Shown here: in pieces, positions 58,581-64,000 of the stretch | Layout: each line of letters begins with the position of its first letter | Numbering within the stretch: the stretch's first letter is position 1 | Assembly (NCBI GenBank): GCA_963771355.1 | Contig: CAVYTA010000006.1 | Span: 800,001 to 864,000 of the forward strand | Origin: an uncultured Candidatus Rokubacteria bacterium | GTDB taxonomy: Bacteria > Methylomirabilota > Methylomirabilia > Rokubacteriales > CSP1-6 | DNA length: 64,000 bases | Direction: 5' to 3' | The notes under the pieces: generated by a model | The model's database searches: none | The model's input: the letters and a program-made list of their open reading frames with translations, nothing else | Told to the model about the DNA's origin: nothing | Translations under genes and position numbers: made by a program

Positions 58581-59372
58581 ATGGATCTCGGGCTCAAGGG
58601 GAAGGTGGCCTTCGTGGCGGCGGCAAGCAAGGGCATGGGCAAGGCCTGCGCGCTCGGGCTCGCGGGCGAGGGGGCGCGCGTCCTCATGTGCGCGCGGGGC
58701 GAGGCCGCGCTGAAGGACGCGGCGGCGGAGGTGAAGCAGAAGACCGGCGCCGAGGTGCTCGCGGTGCCCGCCGACCTCTCCCGCGCCGAGGACTGTGCGC
58801 GGGCGGTGGCGCGCGCGAGCGAGGCCTGGGGCGGGGTGGACGTCCTGGTCGCCAACGTGGGCGGACCGCCGCCGGGACCTTTCGAGAAGATGACCGATGC
58901 CCAGTGGATGCAGGCCTTCGAGCAGGTCCACCTCTCCGCCGTCCGGCTCATCCGCGACGTCCTGCCCGGGATGAAGTCCAAGAAGTGGGGCCGCATTCTG
59001 GCCATCCAGTCCACCTCCGTGAAGCAGCCGGTGGACGGGCTGGTCCTCTCCAATGGCATCCGTCCCGGGCTGGCGGGCCTCTTCAAGACCCTGGCGGTGG
59101 AACTGGCCAAGGACGGCATCACGGTGAACCTGGTCCTGCCCGGCCGCATCATGACCGACCGGTTCCTCGACCATCAGAAGGAGCGGGCCCAGTCCGGCAG
59201 CCGCACCCTCGAGGCCCAGATCGCGCTGTCCGGGATGGACATCCCCATGGGCCGCGTGGGCACCCCGGAGGAGTTCGCCAACATGGTGGTGTTCCTGGCC
59301 TCCGCCCGGGCCTCCTACGTGACCGGCACCGCGGTGCAGGTGGACGGGGGCCTCATCCGGAGCAACGTCTAG
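58581..59372 (+). CDS. SDR family oxidoreductase
   Basis: AASKGMG, NVGGPPPG, LSNGIR, VDGG. Confidence 0.92.
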   Translation: MDLGLKGKVAFVAAASKGMGKACALGLAGEGARVLMCARGEAALKDAAAEVKQKTGAEVLAVPADLSRAEDCARAVARASEAWGGVDVLVANVGGPPPGPFEKMTDAQWMQAFEQVHLSAVRLIRDVLPGMKSKKWGRILAIQSTSVKQPVDGLVLSNGIRPGLAGLFKTLAVELAKDGITVNLVLPGRIMTDRFLDHQKERAQSGSRTLEAQIALSGMDIPMGRVGTPEEFANMVVFLASARASYVTGTAVQVDGGLIRSNV

Positions 59373-59375
59373 GCG

Positions 59376-60194
59376 TTGGTCGTCGCGCTCTGGCACGCGC
59401 TGCACGGCTTCCGTCGGGACAACGGGATGTTCCTCGCCGCCGGCCTGTCCTTCTTCTTCCTCGTCTGCCTGGTCCCGATGCTGTTCCTCTTCGTGTCGGT
59501 GGCGGGCTATCTCCTCAGCAGCGAGGCGGCCACCGGCGCCATCCTGAGCCAGCTCTCGCAGATCGTCCCCGTGTACAAGAAGGAGCTGTCCGAGCTCCTT
59601 TCCCGCATGATCGCCGCCCGGCAGATGTCGGGGGTGCTGGGGTCGGTGATCCTTCTCTTCTTCTCCATCCAGCTCTTCGCCTGCCTCCGCATGGTGATGA
59701 ACGTCGTGTTCGCGGAGCGGAAGGGACGCGGCTTCGTCCACGGGATGATCTGGGACGTGGTGATGCTGATGGTGATCGGCATCCTCTTCGTCGCGAGCAT
59801 GTTCATCACCGACCTGTTCTTCTGGCTGCGCACCTTCGTGCTCGCTCCCGCCCACATGCCGCGACAGTGGGTGCGCTGGATGTTCGTGGCGCTCGCTGTC
59901 GGCTTCAACACCGGACTCTACTTCGTGATCTACCGCTTCTTCCCCACGCGGCGCCCCCGCTTCGGCGCCGCGCTGGCGGGAGCGGTCCTCGCCAGCATTC
60001 TCTGGGAGACGGCCAAGCAGCTTTTCCGCTGGTACATCCTCTCCCTGGGGGTGTACGACCAGATCTACGGCCCCCTGGGCTTCCTGGTGGCGCTGACCAT
60101 GTTCGTCTACTACTCCGGGATCGTCATGGTGCTGGGGGCCGAGTACGTGGCGTCGCTGGAAGCGCGCTGGCGCCGGGGCCTGTTCCTCTGGTAG
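59376..60194 (+). CDS. YihY/virulence factor BrkB family membrane protein
   Basis: AAGLSFF..V.L.P, IYRFFP, WE.AK..F.WY, IYGPLG, GAE. Confidence 0.9.
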   Translation: MVVALWHALHGFRRDNGMFLAAGLSFFFLVCLVPMLFLFVSVAGYLLSSEAATGAILSQLSQIVPVYKKELSELLSRMIAARQMSGVLGSVILLFFSIQLFACLRMVMNVVFAERKGRGFVHGMIWDVVMLMVIGILFVASMFITDLFFWLRTFVLAPAHMPRQWVRWMFVALAVGFNTGLYFVIYRFFPTRRPRFGAALAGAVLASILWETAKQLFRWYILSLGVYDQIYGPLGFLVALTMFVYYSGIVMVLGAEYVASLEARWRRGLFLW

Positions 60195-60206
60195 GTTGAT
60201 CCGGCC

Positions 60207-61445
60207 ATGGCCGACAGCGCCGTCCTGCCGCTCGAGGGCGTTCGCGTTCTCGAACTCGCCCATCTGATCGCCGGACCCGTCTGCGGGATGTACCTGGCGG
60301 ACATGGGGGCCGACGTGATCAAGGTGGAGTCCCGCGACGCGCCCGACGCGGGGCGAGACATCTACCGGCTCTATCGGGGCGGGGAAGGCGTGCTCCACCT
60401 CACCGTGAACCGGAACAAGCGTGGGCTCGGCGTGGACCTGCGAAGCGAGGGAGGACGTGCCGTGTTCCGCCGGCTCGCCGCCGGCGCGGACGTGGTGATC
60501 GAGGCCTATCGAGGCGGGGTGGCGGAGCGGCTGGGCATCGACTGGGACTCGCTGGCCCCCCTCAACCCGCGCCTCATCTACTGCTCGATCTCGGCGTTCG
60601 GGCCTCGGGGGCCCTGGCGCGAGAAGCCCGGCCTCGACTCCCTGGCCCAGGCCCTGGGGGGATTCATGGCCATCACCGGCGAGCGCGACGGCGGCCCGGT
60701 CCTCGGGGGAGCGCCGGTGGCGGACACCCTCGGCGCGCTCCTGGCCATCCAGGGCATTCTCACCGCGCTCATCGCGCGGGGGCGAACCGGACTCGGACAG
60801 CGCGTGGACGCCTCCCTCATCGACGGCATGTTGCTTGCCCATACCGCGCGGCTGAGCGTCTTCCACGAGACCGGGCAGTCACCGGGGCGGTGGGGGAGCG
60901 GGCACCCGGAGATCACGCCGTATCGCGCCTTCGCGGCCAAGGATGCCTGGCTCTTCGTCGCGGTGTGGGTGGACCGGCTCTGGCGGCCCTTCTGCGAGGC
61001 CATCGGGCGGCCGGTCCTCGCCGACGATCCGCGCTTCGCCGCGCGCACCGACCGCCTCAAGCACCGCGCCGCGCTCGACGAGATCCTGGCGGACGTGTTC
61101 CGCGAGCGGACGGTGTCGGAATGGATGGACGTCCTCGAGCGCGCGGACGTGCTCTGCGCACCCGTCAACGACTACGCGCACCTCGTGCGCCACCCGCAAG
61201 TGATGGCCTCGGGAATGATCGTGGAGCAGGATCATCCGCGGGCGGGACGCTTCAAGACCATTGCCACGCCGGTGAAGCTGGGCGCCACGCCGGGCACCAT
61301 CCGGACCCCAGCCCCCGCGCTGGGCGAGCACACACGGGAGATTCTCTCCGAGGCGGGCCTCACCGCGGACGAGATCGATGCGCTCGCGGCATCGGGGACG
61401 ATCCACATCACTCAAGGAGACGCGGTCCATGATCCTACAGGATAA
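60207..61445 (+). CDS. CaiB/BaiF family III CoA transferase
   Basis: LEGVRVLE, AGP, LADMGADVIKVE, NRNKR, APALGEHT. Confidence 0.94.
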   Translation: MADSAVLPLEGVRVLELAHLIAGPVCGMYLADMGADVIKVESRDAPDAGRDIYRLYRGGEGVLHLTVNRNKRGLGVDLRSEGGRAVFRRLAAGADVVIEAYRGGVAERLGIDWDSLAPLNPRLIYCSISAFGPRGPWREKPGLDSLAQALGGFMAITGERDGGPVLGGAPVADTLGALLAIQGILTALIARGRTGLGQRVDASLIDGMLLAHTARLSVFHETGQSPGRWGSGHPEITPYRAFAAKDAWLFVAVWVDRLWRPFCEAIGRPVLADDPRFAARTDRLKHRAALDEILADVFRERTVSEWMDVLERADVLCAPVNDYAHLVRHPQVMASGMIVEQDHPRAGRFKTIATPVKLGATPGTIRTPAPALGEHTREILSEAGLTADEIDALAASGTIHITQGDAVHDPTG

Positions 61446-62340
61446 GGTCGTGGTGGTGACGGGCGCGGCGCGTGGAATCGGCCGGGAGATCGCGCTCCTC
61501 ATGGCGCGACACGGCGCGGCGGTGGTGGTGAACGACTATGGCGGGGCCGCCGACGGGGTGGGCGGGGCGTCGGCCCCCGCCGACGAGGTAGTGGGCGAGA
61601 TCAAGAATCTGGGCGGGCGTGCCGCCGCCTCCTACGACTCGGTGGCGTCGTTCGACGGGGGGAAGCGCATCGTCCAGGCCGCGCTGGACAGCTTCGGGAC
61701 GGTAGACGTGGTGGTGAACAACGCCGGCATCCTCCGGGACCGCATGATCTTCAACATGACCGAGGAGGAGTGGGACGGCGTCATCAACACTCACCTCAAG
61801 GGCTGCTTCGCGGTGACGCGCGCCGCCGTGCCCCACATGCGCGAGAAGAAGTGGGGGCGCGTCATCAACATGACCTCCACCTCCGGGCTGGTGGGCAATA
61901 TCGGCCAGGCCAACTACGCGGCGGCCAAGCTCGGCATCGTGGGCTTCACCAAGGTGGTCGCGCTGGACATGGCCCGCTACAACGTCACCGCGAACTGCAT
62001 CTCGCCCTTTGCGTGGACCCGCATGATCGGGACCATCCCCACCGAGACCGAGTCCCAGAAGGCGCGCGTGGAGAAGATCAAGAAGATGGGGCCGGAGCAC
62101 ATCGCGCCGGTGGCGGTGTTCCTCGCCTCCGAGGCGGCCAAGGAAGTCACCGGCCAGGTGATCGGCGTGCGGGGCAAGGAGATCATGATCTTCTCCCACA
62201 TGCGTCCCATGATGCGCGTTCACAACGACCTGGGCTGGACGCCCGAGCGCCTGGCCGAGATGTTCCCGGGCACGCTGCGTCACCACCTGGCGCCACTCGA
62301 CACCTCCGGGCAGTACTTCAACTACGACCCGATGGTCTAG
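61429..62340 (+). CDS. SDR oxidoreductase (3-hydroxyacyl-CoA dehydrogenase/MFE-2-like)
   Basis: TGAARGIG, VVVND, NNAGILRD, GQANYAAAK; AAGGAG RBS. Confidence 0.92.
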   Translation: MILQDKVVVVTGAARGIGREIALLMARHGAAVVVNDYGGAADGVGGASAPADEVVGEIKNLGGRAAASYDSVASFDGGKRIVQAALDSFGTVDVVVNNAGILRDRMIFNMTEEEWDGVINTHLKGCFAVTRAAVPHMREKKWGRVINMTSTSGLVGNIGQANYAAAKLGIVGFTKVVALDMARYNVTANCISPFAWTRMIGTIPTETESQKARVEKIKKMGPEHIAPVAVFLASEAAKEVTGQVIGVRGKEIMIFSHMRPMMRVHNDLGWTPERLAEMFPGTLRHHLAPLDTSGQYFNYDPMV

Positions 62341-62347
62341 GGCCGCA

Positions 62348-63754
62348 GTGACCGTGCGCGTGGGTCGCGGCCGCGCTCGTGTCTCGAGCACTGCGCGCGT
62401 ATCGGCGATGGTGGCCGGAGCGCTGCTCGCCCTGGCGGCGGCGGGGGCGGCGCGCGCGGCCGATCCCCCGCTCCTCGTGACCCTGGGCGAGGTCACCGAC
62501 GCCTCCGCCGTGCTCTGGGCTCGCGCGCCCGCGACGGGTCGAGTGGCGGCGCGATACGCGCCGAGCGCCGGCGAGGAGAGCGCGGAGCCGCAGCTCGTCG
62601 AGGCCGAGGCGGAGCCGGCGCGCGATCAAACCGTGAAGCTCCGGCTGGAGTCTCTTCGAGCCGGCACGCGGTATCGCTACACGGTCTCCCAGGGGACGGC
62701 GGTGGTGGAGGGCGAGTTCGTGAGCGCGCCCGCGCCGGGAAGCGCGGCGCCGGTACGGCTGAGCTGGAGCGGAGACCTCGGGAGCCGGAGCCATTGCCGG
62801 CATGCGACCGCCGGCTACCCGATCTTCCGCGCGCTGGCCCAGCACCGCCCGGACTTCTTCCTCTTCGTGGGGGACACCATCTACGCCGATCAGATCTGCG
62901 CCGGCGCGGACCGCAAGCCGGGCGCTGATTTCCGCGCCAGCACCCTGCCGGAGTTCTGGGCCAAGCACCGCTACAATCGGGCCGACCCTGGCGTCCAGGC
63001 CTTCTTTCGCCAGACCGCCGTCTACGCGATCTGGGACGACCACGACGTGCGCAACGACTTCGCCGGCCCCAGCGAGCCGCTCATGCCGGTGGGGCGGCAG
63101 GCGTTCCTCGACTACTTCCCCATCGTCCCGCCGGCGGAGGAGGCGGGGCGCCTGTATCGCCGCATCCGCTGGGGCAGCGTGCTGGAGGTCTTCATCCTGG
63201 ATACGCGGCAGTACCGGAGCCGCAACACCGACCTGGACGGGCCGAACAAGACCATGCTCGGGGCCGAGCAGAAGCGGTGGCTGCTCGCGGCGGTGACCGG
63301 CTCGACCGCCACCTGGAAGGTGGTGGTGACGAGCGTGCCGCTCTCCATTCCCACCGGTCGCCCGGTGCGGGACTCATGGACCAATGCCAACTTCTTCGGC
63401 TTCCCGGAGCCGGGAGCCGGCTTCGCCTTCGAGCGGGACGCCGTGCTCGAGGCCTTCCGGCGCGCGGGGGTCCGGAACCTGGTCTTCCTCACCGCCGACG
63501 CCCATCACGCCGAGATCCTGCGGCATCAGCCCTCCGAGACCTGGACTTTCCACGAGTTCGCGGCGGGGCCGCTCGCCGCCTTTCACGGGCTCTCCCGGCC
63601 GGTGGACCAGGGTCTGAACCCGCAGACGCTCTTCGCGCTGGGCGGCATCGAGAACTTCGGCATGGTCGAGGCGGACGCCGACGACCTCACGGTGCGTATC
63701 ATCGACGTCAACGGCACCGTGCGCTTTCTCCACACCATCCGCTCGTCACGCTGA
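62348..63754 (+). CDS. phoD: Alkaline phosphatase D family protein
   Basis: VLWAR, GDTIYAD, WDDHD, LDTRQYR, MLGAEQKRWL, FLTADAH; signal peptide. Confidence 0.88.
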   Translation: MTVRVGRGRARVSSTARVSAMVAGALLALAAAGAARAADPPLLVTLGEVTDASAVLWARAPATGRVAARYAPSAGEESAEPQLVEAEAEPARDQTVKLRLESLRAGTRYRYTVSQGTAVVEGEFVSAPAPGSAAPVRLSWSGDLGSRSHCRHATAGYPIFRALAQHRPDFFLFVGDTIYADQICAGADRKPGADFRASTLPEFWAKHRYNRADPGVQAFFRQTAVYAIWDDHDVRNDFAGPSEPLMPVGRQAFLDYFPIVPPAEEAGRLYRRIRWGSVLEVFILDTRQYRSRNTDLDGPNKTMLGAEQKRWLLAAVTGSTATWKVVVTSVPLSIPTGRPVRDSWTNANFFGFPEPGAGFAFERDAVLEAFRRAGVRNLVFLTADAHHAEILRHQPSETWTFHEFAAGPLAAFHGLSRPVDQGLNPQTLFALGGIENFGMVEADADDLTVRIIDVNGTVRFLHTIRSSR

Positions 63755-64000
63755 CTCGACCCGTCGTCCGAGCAGCAGGACGACCAGGGCGGCCAGGCTC
63801 GCGAATGCGCCGGCCCATTCCGCCAGCCCCGGCCGGTGATGCAGCGCCAGCTCCCCGCCCGCTCCCCTCGGCAGCTCCACCTCGAGCAGGCCCAGCTCGC
63901 CCTGCCGCGTCGCCACGCTCCCGGTGGGTGTCCGAGCCCGCCACAGCGGCGACCAGGCCATCCCCGTGGAGACCCAGCCGCCTTCCGGGCTCGAGATGAA
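63746..64000 (-). CDS. C-terminal end of a membrane-anchored protein (5' part outside the window)
   Basis: Frame open to the window edge; ends in a hydrophobic helix followed by RR. Confidence 0.6.
   Translation of the reverse strand, partial: FISSPEGGWVSTGMAWSPLWRARTPTGSVATRQGELGLLEVELPRGAGGELALHHRPGLAEWAGAFASLAALVVLLLGRRVESA

Overview
A very GC-rich (roughly 70% by eye), gene-dense bacterial chromosome segment with about 65 mostly housekeeping and transport genes. The gene mix suggests Candidatus Rokubacteria/Methylomirabilota, but that is an inference only. Contents include def, a TAXI-TRAP transporter, mutY-mutT, ygfZ, a TPP riboswitch with thiS-thiG-thiE, tldD-pmbA-tatD, a tcuA-like flavoprotein, uppP, a glycosyltransferase cluster, a CHASE3-PAS-GAF diguanylate cyclase, a Liv-type ABC system, split transketolase, moeA, an RRM protein, a repair-type radical SAM protein, DNA polymerase II and phoD. 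No rRNA, tRNA, CRISPR array or intact mobile element was seen. The main signal missed by the ORF track is two genes interrupted by an in-frame TGA exactly at a catalytic Cys position, each followed by a SECIS-like hairpin. One is a DsbA/FrnE-like protein (U-P-W-C) heading a translationally coupled operon with a TPR protein and a family-B DNA polymerase. The other is a signal-peptide-bearing rhodanese (Y-U-A-C-P) coupled to moeA. Other oddities are two ATGA-overlapped 6-aa uORFs before moeA, probable ATC and CTG start codons, two genes with apparent internal deletions, a homopolymer-split gene, and a structured 5' leader on the RRM gene.
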